From Eledone cirrhosa (lineage: Eukaryota): a stretch of DNA of 64,000 bases. The DNA lies in the NCBI GenBank assembly GCA_964016885.1, contig OZ024743.1, positions 127,968,001-128,032,000 of the forward strand, in the 5' to 3' direction. The position numbers and the translations under genes were made by a program. A model generated the notes under the pieces. It had not been told where the DNA came from. It saw only the letters and a list, made by a program, of their open reading frames with translations, and did no database searches. Shown in pieces: positions 13,271 through 26,007 of this stretch (position 1 is the stretch's first letter; every line of letters starts with the position of its first letter).

Positions 13271-14289
13271 GAAGGCAGGTAATGTTAAAAATAACAACAC
13301 ACAGATTTAACATAGAAAGTTTATTTATTTACACCACCAATTATTAAGACAATTTAAACCCTAACCCTAACCCGAAACCTAACTATAACACTCACTCTAA
13401 CTCTAACCCTATCCCGACATTTAGATTTGCCAGTAAAATAAGCTTAAAAAGCATGTTTCTCTATTTTACCGGGATCGGTAAAGTAGCCTATTCTTTAGAA
13501 TAATGTTTATGTTATTTTTACGCTTGACAAACGTTGTTTGTTGGCGTAATTATTTGACTGTAAATAATTCAGCTATAGGTGAAGCTCGTTCCAGTGTAGC
13601 TACATTCTGTTCATATAGCTAAGAGAAGGATCTTTTTTGCCATTTTATAACAATTATAGAGGTCATTATTGAGTTCGAAGCTCCAAGAAAAATGCAATTT
13701 ATAGTTTCGGTTCCTTGTGTAACAACAACTAAAAATATTATTTTTACCTTTCTCATTGTTATTTTTCTTCCATTCAGTCTTATTGCTATTGTCATGTCCA
13801 GATATGTTCATTGAAGCAAACCTTTGTAAAGTGAATGCAATATTTAGATGGATATTTCTATGATTTTGAATAAAAAGTGTCTTCAGAGAATATCATCTGA
13901 AGAATATCTCGTTATTCAACAGGACTTGTAGTTGTGGCATTACTTTTGGTAACAGCATTCATCTTAAATATAATGAATAGTCTCCCACGCCGTATGTACG
14001 AAAGCTCGCATCGATGGGTGTGTGTGTGTGTGTGTGTGTATATATGTGTATGTGTGTGTGTCTGTGTGGGTGTGTGTAATATAAACACTCCAGGAGTAAA
14101 CGCTATTAGAGACACTCATTAACCAGGTCTTATCATGCCAGTATTTTTGTGTTCTTTGATAATATCCAATTAACAAAAACTTACTGACGTGAACAACAAA
14201 ATTTGTGTAAAATAATGTGATAGTATGTTGTAGAGTATATATATAAATGTGTGTACATATACATATATATATGTATATGTATATATATA

Positions 14290-14672
14290 TATTAATAAAA
14301 GGAATTCCAAATTTGTCTGATTGACTCGTTTTATTTACAATCCTTTAAAATTTATAATGGTATTAGAATGAAATAGTATGGTGGAATATTAAATGTTAAG
14401 TGTTAATTGAACAAGTACTTTCATGCTTTCGCAATCTTCAAGTTCATAATGTGTGGTGACAACTTGACTGTCACCATACATTATGAACCTGAAGATTGCG
14501 AAAGCATGAAAGTACTTGTTCAATTAACACTTAACATTTAATATTCCACCATACTATTTCATTCTAATACCATTATAAATTTTAAAGGATTGTAAATAAA
14601 ACGAGTAAATCAGACAAAGTTGGAATTCCTTCTATTAATATAATCTTCTATACACAATCATACACACCCGTG
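14290..14672. mobile_element. Fold-back mini-element (172-bp arms, 14290-14461 / 14469-14640, 7-nt loop) with hammerhead, in (TA)n
   Basis: Near-perfect inverted repeat, short one-sided tail, TA-rich microsatellite on both flanks. Confidence 0.9.
14484..14522 (+). ncRNA. Minimal type I hammerhead ribozyme
   Basis: tgaac CTGAAGA t-tgc-gaaa-gca-t GAAA gtac T T gttca; palindromic AGTACT stem III; the mirror copy has C3->T. Confidence 0.85.
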
Positions 14673-14686
14673 TATATTTATCTATC

Positions 14687-14726
<40 letters not shown>

Positions 14727-14749
14727 CATATATATATATACATACATAG

Positions 14750-14830
<81 letters not shown>

Positions 14831-14897
14831 CATATATATATACATATATTTATATGTACATATATATATACATATATATATATACATATATATATAC

Positions 14898-14983
<86 letters not shown>

Positions 14984-14989
<6 letters not shown>

Positions 14990-15565
14990 AATGAATAATA
15001 ACATTTAGACATCATAAAAAGGTAATTTATTCCGTGTGCTTACAAATGTTTCCACGGTGGTTGTACAGCCTAGTTATGCTATGTGCAAATTTACAACTAT
15101 TTGCAAAACTCAATTATCAAATGCTGTGACAACTGTATCATCAGAGCAGAATGGTTAAAATGTACAATGTAAATACCCTTATGTGAGGTTATTGGAGAAG
15201 ATAGAGTATCTTCTCCAATAACCTCACATAAGGGTATTTACATTGTACATTTTAACCATTCTGCTCTGATGATACAGTTGTCACAGCATTTGATAATTGA
15301 GTTTTGCAAATAGTTGTAAATTTGCACATAGCATAACTAGGCTGTACAACCACCGTGGAAACATTTGTAAGCACACGGAATAAATTACCTTTTTATGATG
15401 TCTACCTGATTTTATTCATTCTTTATCTACACTCCGGAATACAGAAGGATCAGGAACTAAGTTTCTTCAACAATTCTTCCATAACTCGTTGAGTAACCTC
15501 TCACCGTACGTCAACCATATCCAGTGTAGTGATTAACCATTACTGCATCTAGGATAATCCTATAC

Positions 15566-15570
<5 letters not shown>
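14984..15570. mobile_element. Fold-back mini-element (198-bp arms, 15006-15203 / 15207-15404, 3-nt loop) derived from a Penelope-like 3' end, in (TA)n
   Basis: Palindrome centred at 15205 with no mismatches seen by eye; arm matches 39290-39535; tail to ~15570; (TA)n flanks. Confidence 0.92.
15262..15373 (+). ncRNA. Hammerhead ribozyme with extended (~85-nt) stem II (mirror copy on minus 15037-15148)
   Basis: tgct CTGATGA tacagttgtcacagc...gctgtacaaccaccgtg GAAA c-attt-g T A agca. Confidence 0.75.
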
Positions 15571-15599
<29 letters not shown>

Positions 15600-15836
15600 T
15601 GCGTGTGTGATTGTGTGTGTGTGGCTAATCAACTGGATTGGGTCTACGTTTGTCAATGTAACTTGAGAAAAGTGATCATTGCATTGAAAAAGAAATCCTC
15701 TCTTACACGTAAGATACTGGGAATGTGTTGGTCCCTAAACTGAAGATAGCCATTTTGTTAGGTTCGGTGGTTAAAATATGTTGTTTTATTTTAAATTAAA
15801 CATCTAGTTGTTTTTGTTGTTAGTGTCGTTTTCATT

Positions 15837-15974
15837 TAGTCCAGAATTAGCCGTCGAAACGGCTTGAGCTCAGCCGTCGGGGTCCTACTTGTTCCTATTA
15901 CCCACTCTACTACCCTAAGTATTGAGTACTTTGGTGCGTTATGGTCCACCTGGTTTCTTACCACATTTCCTTCG

Positions 15975-15977
<3 letters not shown>
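15837..15977 (+). mobile_element. 3' tail fragment of a TA-targeted repeat family (same as 60480-60620)
   Basis: gtccagaattagccgtcGAAAcggcttgagctc...cttcgtta then (TA)n; matches 60481-60620. Confidence 0.75.
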
Positions 15978-16058
<81 letters not shown>

Positions 16059-16256
16059 TATATATACAATAAAGTATGTCCATAGAATCATTTGATAAAA
16101 TATATACACCATTTCCTCTCCCAATCAGCATAATCAACCACACAAAAAAACAATTAAACCAGGCTATAAGATTAAAACACACCTATGAAGAAATAATAGA
16201 TAAATAAACGACAGCTATCTATTTGCGATCAACAGCCATATATATATATATTTGCG

Positions 16257-16894
16257 ATGCTTTCATCCTTCTATGTTGTTTACTTGTCTCACTCGCTTTA
16301 CGCGATTTACTTGTCCCAATAGCTTTATTTAGCTATTGCTCGCACCAACCTGAGGTATATGATTATCAATGCAATGAAATATCAATGACGGTTGGTAAAT
16401 CACTGACGAAGGACTATTTTTATCATATGTAACCCATGTGCAACCACGCAGTATTCTTCTTTCTTATGTTTTATATATATTTATATATATATACTTACTC
16501 ACTCTCTGTTTCTCCCCTTCTCACTTGTTCCCGTTTCGTTGGTAGTGGGGTTCTTTCCTTCTTTCTCACATCACACTCACGTCGGACGGTCTGTATTCTG
16601 AACGCTCATGAAATTCACCCAGATTATGCTGACCGGATAACCATGTTGCTTGTTTTTTTTTCCTATCTTCGGTTTGCCTTTATCCTTCTATGTTGTTTAC
16701 TTGTCTCACTCGCTTTACGCGACTCACTTGTCCCAATAGCTTTATTTAGCTATTGCTCGCACCAACCTGAGGTATATGATTTTTAATGCGATGAAACACC
16801 AATGATGGTTGGCAAATCACTGACGAGGGACTAATTTTATAATATGTAACCCATGTGCAACCAGGCAGTATTTCTCTTTCTTCTCATGTTTTTT

Positions 16895-16895
<1 letters not shown>
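16257..16895 (+). repeat. Partial tandem direct repeat (~210-bp unit at 16257-16470 and 16677-16895) of a TA-flanked family; third copy at 39555-39760
   Basis: atccttctatgttgtttacttgtctcactcgc...cactgacgagggact...gcagtatt repeated; flanked by (TA)n. Confidence 0.8.
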
Positions 16896-16987
<92 letters not shown>

Positions 16988-17005
16988 CATATATATATAT
17001 ATATT

Positions 17006-17169
<164 letters not shown>

Positions 17170-17537
17170 ATGTTGAAAAGATAACACACCAGAGAGAGAT
17201 AGTGCGCCATCAATAAAACAGGGAAAAACCACCAGTGTATGGAATCTATAACCTATGAAAGGCAGGGTAGACACACGATAATTAAAAATATAAATTAAAG
17301 TGTATATACATACCTCTATAACTATATAACACGCACTGGTGTATTACCTTATACATACATACAACTCCTACAGTCACGTAAATTTCTGAACCAGTAACCA
17401 ATCGGTTGATGGCATTGTGATGACGTGTAGGGATTTCAGTTGCTAATGTACAACTGTGTTTCCTGTCACATTCACTGTCATAGCCGACACGGACTGGAAT
17501 CGAATTCTGTCGATTGATTGGTTATTGATTAGGCGAA

Positions 17538-17650
17538 ACCCGCTGATGAAGCCATATGAGCTGATTGTGCATTGCTGCATAATAAATGCAGGCAGTGGAT
17601 GCTGTGCAATCTATTGCTGCATTAAGTGTGGCCGAAACTCGTGTACGGGT
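17538..17650 (+). ncRNA. Hammerhead ribozyme with extended stem II inside a microsatellite-flanked insert (~17170-17780)
   Basis: acccg CTGATGA agccatat...gtgtggcc GAAA c-tcgt-g T A cgggt. Confidence 0.8.
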
Positions 17651-17781
17651 AGAGTTTGCAGTACCCATCTACGTGTGCTGTAAATAACTCTGTGTCTACT
17701 CTGGGATTTTACATAACATTACCTATTGAGTACGCTGAGATGCAATCGGTACTAGCAGTGAAACTCATTCTAGTCGCGTAT

Positions 17782-17818
<37 letters not shown>

Positions 17819-17874
17819 AACATACTTCTGTGTCGGGGAAGGACTTATATTCATCGTAAAACTCCATGCAGTGC

Positions 17875-17913
<39 letters not shown>

Positions 17914-17925
17914 CGCGTGTGCGTG

Positions 17926-18014
<89 letters not shown>

Positions 18015-18059
18015 ATAGATCATATATATATATATATATATATATAATTATCACCTCAC

Positions 18060-18340
18060 CCACCTCGGCCTCTAGTCCACACTGTAAAGTGATCGTTTTG
18101 GTGCCACGTCAAAAAGCGCCCAGTCCACACTGTAAATGTGGTTGTGTAGGTGTCACGAGAAAAAGCGCCCAGCACTCACTGTAAATGAGGTTGGTGTTAG
18201 GAAGGGCATCCAACAGTAGAAACCATGCCAAAATCAGTTCTGTATGAGCACGGTCATCTGCTCTGGCTTGTCTCTTAACGGAACAACTCGTATAACCCAT
18301 ACTAGCGTGGTAAAACGGACATTAAACGGTGACGATGATA
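18060..18340 (+). mobile_element. SINE 3' portion (second family)
   Basis: ggttggtgttaggaagggcatcc...cccatactagcgtgg.aaaacggacattaaacg; similar 3' ends at 30490-30520 and 50740-50890. Confidence 0.55.
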
Positions 18341-18674
18341 TATAAATATGTGTGTGTGAGTGGAAGTTCGTATAAAAATATACCTTTTAAGTTGTCTAAC
18401 CATCAAAGTTCTCAATAAATATTTTACTATATGTTAGGCAATTAGAGATACAACATTTGTCTGAAAATTGTTGTATAAATGTGTTCAAGAAAATGGAATA
18501 ACTAAATCAGGAAATAATAGAAAATTTGCGGAGATGGGGACAGATCTAAATCTACATTCTTGGCCGGACGGTATATCTCAGCTACTGCGCCTTGCAGACA
18601 AGATGGCAAAAACATTGCCATGAAGAACAGCCAGCGATGCCTTTTGCACCAGCCATTTTATCTAAAAACCTAGG

Positions 18675-18870
18675 AAGGGCGGTGAATTGGCAGTATCGGT
18701 AGAGCATCAGACACCATGCTTTGCAGCATAGAGTTATGGCCCTTTACGTTCTGGGTTCAAATCCCCTCGAGGTTAACTTTGCCTTTCATCCTTACGAGGT
18801 CGATAAAATAAAGTACCAGTAATGCACTGAGATAATTGCTGACCATGTGTCAAAAGTATAAACAATTATT
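18675..18870 (+). mobile_element. tRNA-derived SINE
   Basis: Full-length copy of the 2366-2551 family (gggttcaaatccc B-box). Confidence 0.88.
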
Positions 18871-19105
18871 ATACAAAAAAATCTATAAATGTATAATTTC
18901 TACCATAATTAAATCCATCTAGCTTCTCTTGTCATTCTACATGTTGACGGTGAATTAATACGTCACTTTCCAAAAAACAGAGCAGTGTAGATGAAATATG
19001 GTTTGTTGTTATAAGGACAACAGATAGAGAGAAATACACACAGACACACACACACACATACGTATATCCCTGTACCTGTTGCCCTTATAACAACAAATCT
19101 TATAA

Positions 19106-19161
<56 letters not shown>

Positions 19162-19620
19162 ATAACCACACATAACATCGCATTCAGCCTTGCATCTTTT
19201 ACCCATATAACAGCAAATTTTGTTTAGAGCTTTCAGTATTTCAGAAGGCTGTGTATCATCTGTAGCGAAATGTGTGGTGAGGTCACAGAGAAACTAAACT
19301 AAACGGAAGGCTATCTATTGCTTATTTTATATATGTTGATTAATCAAAACGGCGGTCTAAAGCTGATAGGCTATAATAGACTGAAAAAAGTATATAATAT
19401 TCCTTATGATTAAGAAACAAAAATAAGAAAGGGGTGAAAAACAAGGATAGATGTGTTAAATGTTTCTATTGTTGAATCTTTTCTTAGTCTCGATGTAGGA
19501 AGCTCTTATTTATAGTTTCAAATCCATGACAATATATTACACCTCCGGCTTTAGTAGTTTTTTAATAAGTAGTTTCAAGATGTCCTCCTTCTCCGAATGG
19601 TAGCTTTTACATTACCACAA

Positions 19621-19803
19621 ATAATTGTTTCTACTTTAGGCACAAGACCAGCAATTATCAGTGCATTACTGGTACTTTATTTTATCGACCCCGTAAGGAT
19701 GAAAGGCAAAGTCAACCTCGGCGGGATTTGAACTCAGATCGTAAAGGGACGTAACTATGCTGGAAAGCATGGCGTCCGACCCTCTACCGATACTGCCAAT
19801 CCA
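19621..19803 (-). mobile_element. tRNA-derived SINE
   Basis: Reverse complement of the 2366-2551 family, highly similar. Confidence 0.88.
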
Positions 19804-20114
19804 CAATGCCCCAAAATGTTTCGATAGTTTCCACAAGAACATATTCTAGAGAAATCTATGGAGTCACAGATAAACTAAACGTCAGGTTATGAATTAATAT
19901 TATGAGACATATATAATGGCATTTCAAAGCGAGACTAAATGGATTACAATATGACAGCCACGGGAGAAAGTTATGCTTCTGTTTGTACAGCTGAAATAAG
20001 AGCAGACGTTACTTTTTCATAACATCAAACCTTTCCACATTATCTGCATAGTTATTATACTAATATATATACATATATATAACGTAGGTTGTATGAGTCT
20101 GTTTATGCGAGAGA

Positions 20115-20155
<41 letters not shown>

Positions 20156-20545
20156 CTGTTAGTGTGTATATTTGTGTTTCTCTGGGATGTCTCCGGCAAT
20201 GTGTTATGATATGTGGGTTGGGGGGGGGGGGGGGGGGTAGACGTGAGTTTGTGTGTGTGTATGTATGTACGTATGTATGTACGTATGTATGTATATGCGA
20301 GTTCTTTAACAGAAAATAGAGAGGTGGGGGGGGGGGGGCTCTTGGAAAGAAGATAGTAAAGTAGATGAAAATGACAATTGAGTTTTACGCTGCTATGGAG
20401 AGAAGAGGAGAGACTGTATGTGTATGTATGAGTGTGTACGAGAGAGAGAGGGGGGAGACAAACAGTCAGATTAGTAGAGAGATGAAGAGAAAGATAGGCA
20501 CACACACACACCACACACACACTTACACGCGTGCAGAGAGAACGA

Positions 20546-20576
<31 letters not shown>

Positions 20577-20687
20577 GGGGAGATGCAGGGGATAAGCTTC
20601 TGACGGAGAGAACACAAAATGACGTTAAGGTGAGACAAGCAGATAGGTAGATAAACAAATGGACGGACAGACAGACATACAGGTAGG

Positions 20688-20760
<73 letters not shown>

Positions 20761-20993
20761 TTCTTAATTTGCCACAAGGGCGCACAAGAAAAGGGGACAA
20801 TACAAAGACATGCCGGGGATTTTACATACAGTCGTGTAAAAAATATAAAAACAAACAATTACAACAATCGAAATCCCCAATAGGGGGGAAGCGCCACAAA
20901 TGGGTTGTTTAATACCCCGTCGATAGAACAACCCTCAACTCCAGGAGCGTGTTGTGCAAGTGCTCCTTTCTTCCTTTTGCTCTCTTCTTCAAC

Positions 20994-23900
20994 CTACAGG
21001 CTTATAAACAGAGAAGGCCCAATCACTCGGGCCATTTTCACTTCATTCACCCACCTTTCAGTAAATTTATTGGGGTGCAGTGCCTCTCTCTCCACCCTGA
21101 TTCTCCTTCTAAAGTGATACTTAAAGAAGGGAATCAATTGTTGTCCGGAGAGAAAGGCATCTGTCCTCAGTCCTCTCAACCTCGTCCACCATATAACTTC
21201 TTTCACCATAGCCACCGTACAGAGGAAAACCGCTTCTCTTTCGTTTTTGAAAGAGGCTGGCGGTTTGATCCTTACTATGGACTCGGCAGTCAACTGGATT
21301 TGTCCCATACGCGACAGAAGTTGTTCTGCATAGTTCCACAGGTCGGTTACGCCCGAGCAGTGTACAATTGCGTGCAGGACTGTTTCAATGTCCTGCGCGC
21401 ATCTTGAACACGTCCTCTTGAAAGGATCCCTGCCGGGGCGCCCGTGCCTGTAGATCTTGTCACGAACCGGTAGAGCTCCTCGGTAGCACTGCCAGGCCAG
21501 GGACCCCTGGAAGTTTTCCATAGGTCCCGGGCGGAAAGTCCTACCAAACAGACTGGTGAGCTCATCGTCGTCGACGCCTAGAGTCTCTCCGAGCACGTCG
21601 TCGCCCTTGTAACGTACAATCCCTCTATAGAATGTCGAAGTGGAGTCTCCACTGATTGCTGTGTCTGCTTGCCAGAGGACTGTGAGCGCCTGAGTGCATT
21701 CAATGTGCCAGGCGCCCATCGTTTTCGGTCTTTTCTTGACCCAGGACTGCAGCTCCGTCAGCGAGACGAGCTGTGGGAAATCCTGTTTCACAAACGGTGC
21801 CCACACCGCTTGGGGGTCGGTGAGGAATACCTGGAGATGCCGCAGCCTCAGCGCATGTTTGCGCATCATCAGCCACGGCATTCACAGCCCTCCGTTGGAA
21901 GGGTGCTGACAGCAGATGGATCTCCTCACCAGCGGAGCCTGCTTCTTCCACAGAAGCTGGAAGAGCATGCGTTCCATCTCGGCGAGGTGTTCACGGGGAC
22001 AAGGCACGACAGTCAAGCGGTAGTAGATGACGGTCGCTATGAAAGTGTTCGCCACCTCCTCCGCTCGACCTTTCAATGACAGTTTGCACTCTGCCCACTT
22101 CTGGGTGAGTGCAAACACTTTGGCCCTGACCTCGTTCCAGTTTTTCTCCACCTGGAGGTCTGGACCGAACCAGACCCCGAGCAATTTCACCGGTCCGTCC
22201 GTCCAGCGTCCAACGACGCTGTCAGACGTCATCGGTTTGCCTCTCCACGTACCGAGTTGCAAACCGACAGACTTGTCCGGGTTTAGTTTTGCTCCCGTCA
22301 GCGTTTCGTATTCTTTCAGTAAGTTGCCGATCACCCCGATTTCCGAGATGCTCGCCACCATTACTGTCACGTCGTCGGCATAAGCCGACGCCGCTTTGCG
22401 CAGTCCCGGTTCTAGAGGGATGCCCTGCAACAGCTCCAATTTCCGCAGTAGTGGCTCTAGAGTCAATACATACAGAATGGAGGAGAGAGGGCACCCCTGT
22501 CGAATGGAACGCGTGATTGCGAACGGTTCCAATAAGTAGCCGTTCACCTTGACCCTCGAGCAGATGCTGGTGTGCATCGCCTCGATCCAGCCTCTGAAAA
22601 CGGGGCCGAAACCGGCCGCCTTGAGAACCGCTTCCAAGTATCGATGGTCGACCCTATCGAATGCCTTAGACTGATCTAAATTGATCAGAGCCCCACCGAA
22701 GCCGGGTTTACTACCCACCCTCTCTATGATGTATCGCATGAGGTGGAGGTTGCCGTGTATGGACCTGGTCGGGATTGCACACGTTTGCGCTTTCCCTACC
22801 AGGTTCTCGACGACAAGCGCCAACTTCGTCGCTAGCACCTTGGCCAAAATCTTTAACTCTGTGTTGAGCAGAGTTATGGGCCTGAAGTTATCTAAAACGT
22901 CTCTCTTGTTCCCGTCTTTCCTGATCAGCGTTACTACGCCCTTGTCTGCAGAACCGGGAATTCTCCCATTCTGCTGCCAATTGCAGTAGACGGCTCCGAG
23001 GACGCCAGAGAACAAGTCCGGCATGCCTATGTAAAACTGATAGGGTAGACCATCTAGACCGGGTGACTTGCGTTTCCCGCAGCGGTCCAGAGCGTCCCGT
23101 ATCTCAGTGTCCGTGATCGGTCTTTTGCAGAACTCGACGTCCGTGTTCGAGAGACGCGGCAGGCCGTCGAGGTATGAACTAAAGTCCATTGCCCCGTTCG
23201 GCTCACCGTCGTTCTGCTCAAACAATCGCGCAAAGTGCTGCTGAAAGCCGCACACATTTGCTTGGGGTCAAGTAGCACGCGTCCGTTTTGGTCTTTCAAA
23301 GACCAAATCGTGGACTTGTTGCCACTTTTCGCCTCCGCCACTCGGGCACAGCTGACAGCTTTCGCTCCTTCGTTTCCTAGAGCACGTGTTTTGCTTCTGA
23401 CCACGCAGCCTTCGTGTTTTGCATCGAAGAACTGGTCCAGTGCCGTTCTCAACGCTAACACTCTAGCCGCGTTGCCACTTCTAAGTGCCTCCTCTACCTT
23501 GGTTACTAGTTCTCTTTCTATTTTGTTTTTCTCTAAGGCTAACTCTCTGCTAAACCCTATCGATTCTATTCTAATTGCTTTCCTTGAGAGAGTACCACCA
23601 TTTATTGTTGACGATGGCTCCCATTAACTGTTGCTTGACTAGTCTACTTATCCGTTCACTGTAAGCTTTACGTGCCGGAAACGAAACGTTCAGCTTCCAG
23701 TATCCGGGTCCTTGTCTATGTATTCTATCACGGTTGACTAAGCAGACGACTAATTTGTGATCTGAATAGGCAACCATGTGCATTCGTGGACAGCTTAACA
23801 TCTCCTTGTCCCTTTCTCTAATGAAGAACCTATCTAAATACGATCTAGATGTCCCACTGCGGTTTGCCCACGTCCACTGTGGTGCAGTCGGGAAATCCAG

Positions 23901-24429
23901 TCGATACCTATCGGCCAGTTCGAATTGGCCGATTAAAGTTTTGAGGCTGTTGCACCCGCCTTTATTGGGACATGCTCCCACATAGTCCCATCGTGCATCT
24001 AGGATACCATTCCAGTCCCCCACTAAAAGTAAGGAGCAACACGTTCCCAGAAAAGACTCTAGTCTGGCCGTGATTGCGATTGCCCGGTCGGGGCATAAAC
24101 GGCCACCAGTCTGAAGGCCCCACCTCCAATACTGTTCACGTCTAGGACTACCAGTCTAACCCCCCCCCCCCCCGGGTCCAAGTTTACTTGCTGTACTTCG
24201 ACGTCCAGGTTCTTCCGAAACATGACAACCACTCCCCCTCTACCTCCTGGCTGACAGAGAGATGCGTAGATCTCAAAGTGGTCGAAGATAGGGGTTTGTT
24301 GCTGCCTGTTGAGGATGCTGGACTCGGTGATGGCTATCACATCCATACCGTGTGATATAAAGTCGTTTAAAAGTTGGCCCTATTTTCAAGGCCACGCACA
24401 TTCACGCTTCCAACTCGTAAACTAGCCAT
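20994..24429 (-). pseudogene. LINE ORF2: AP endonuclease + reverse transcriptase + C-terminal Cys/His domain, with several frameshifts and one in-frame stop
   Basis: MASLRVGSVNVRGL, VYAP, GDWN, YLDRFF, SDH (APE); KSPGLDG, FRPITLLN, LDQSKAFDRV, RQGCPLS, AYADDV (RT); GGL*MP at 21882; CSRCAQDIETVLHAIVHC. Confidence 0.93.
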
Positions 24430-24794
24430 GTTGGTGAAGAAGAGTTGGAGAAAAAGGACGAAAGCGCACTTACCTTTTCGTTTCCTGGAGATCGGGTTGT
24501 TCAATCTCCATTTGGGTGCTGGATGGGGTGTTGGGTGGGGTGGGGAAACATTTTAACAGGACGCGGTTGATGGGTTTCTGGCAGGGGTTGCCCACATCCT
24601 GTGAAAATTTATTTTTCAGGTCATTATAGGTTTCCATAGAAACCCTTATAAGTTTAAGGTGTGGAGACGATTCTGCCTTGACGAAAGTTTTGCCCTCCGT
24701 CTCCACCTTGGGGTTTGGGGAGATGACCTCCATCAAACTCTTGTTATTTGTGTTGATGTATGCGTATTGTTGTTTGTGTTTTTGTTGTGTTGTT

Positions 24795-26007
24795 TTAGTT
24801 TGTTGTTCGTCTGGGAGTTTTCTTTTTTATGGTGGCTGCTTGTGTTTGGGGTGGTGTTGGTGTTGGTTTTGCTGGTAGGGGGATGTTTGACTGTGGTGTT
24901 GTATGTGTTGTTGTTTGTGTCCGTGGTTGTGTGTTGGTGTTGTGGTTGGGGGTTTTGTGGTGTCTCTTTTTTTGTTTTTTAGATTTCCGCGGCTCTCCCT
25001 CTTCTTCACTTAAAGAAGGAGAAGCAGCTTCATCCGTCGATGAATAATCATCGTCAAGAGTGTGGGGTAGGGGTATGTTGTGTGGTGGTGGTGTTTCGGT
25101 GTGTGTGTTTGTGGTAGTGTTTGATGGAGTGGGATGAGGTGGGGCTGTGTTCTTCAGGGGTGGTGTCTCTGTTTTTTCTGTTGTTGGTTGAGTGGCTGTT
25201 TGTTTTGGTGTGGTTGCTCGTTTCGTCTGTCGTTGTACTTGTGGTGGTGGTGGTTGTTTTGGTGTTGGTGTTGGTAATAGTGTTTTTTTAATGATGTTGT
25301 TGTGGTGCGTTTGTGAAGGACAAGAGGCTTTTAGGTGTGTTGTGCTACCACAGCGAAAGCAATGAAAGTTTCGTCCTTCTACCGAAATGTTTATTTTGTT
25401 GTTATCATCGATGACGACTCTTCCGGGTATTTTGGAGATTCTCTCAGGTCTGATTTGCAACAGAATCTCCAAATCAGTACCCGCCCACCTTTGTCGAATA
25501 GACTTTCGTATCGAAAGAATCATATCAGTTTCTGGCTCTACGAAGCCAGCTAAGATCCACCGGATGTTAATGTTTGGTGGTATATTTTTTATTTTTATTT
25601 TTTGTGTCCTTTTTCCCATGTATGTAGGGAAAAAGGTGAATGTTTTTGACACTATTGATGTCACAGAATGTTTTGGGGGCGAGTGCCCAGCTTTTAAACA
25701 GTACAGAAACACTTCTGCACTGTTTTCCTAGTTGGAGAAATTCGATATTTGCTAGAATTTCTTTCAAGGTATTTTCTATATCTCCATGGCTAACAAATAT
25801 CGGCTTTCTCGTGGTATTGGACACAGTCCTAAAGGTCACTGATCTTCGAACTGTGTCTTCTTTTATTTCAAGGCGTGAGTTAATTCTAAACCCACCATTT
25901 TCTTCGAAAGTTACAAATTTTCTCCCTTGCTGGAGCATATCTCTTGCATTGGAGATGTCAAGATTTATAAAATCTTGTTTTTTGTTAACTGTTTCAGCGA
26001 AAGACAT
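24795..26007 (-). pseudogene. LINE ORF1 (gag-like, CCHC zinc knuckle, Pro/Thr-rich tail), one frameshift near 25700
   Basis: MSFAETVNKK... (25567-26007) continues into 24795-25712 with CFRCGSTTHLKASC. Confidence 0.8.

Noticed and set aside
13357-13410. True telomere or interstitial telomeric array
   Set aside because: Only ~3 perfect units, degenerate, inside a repeat element
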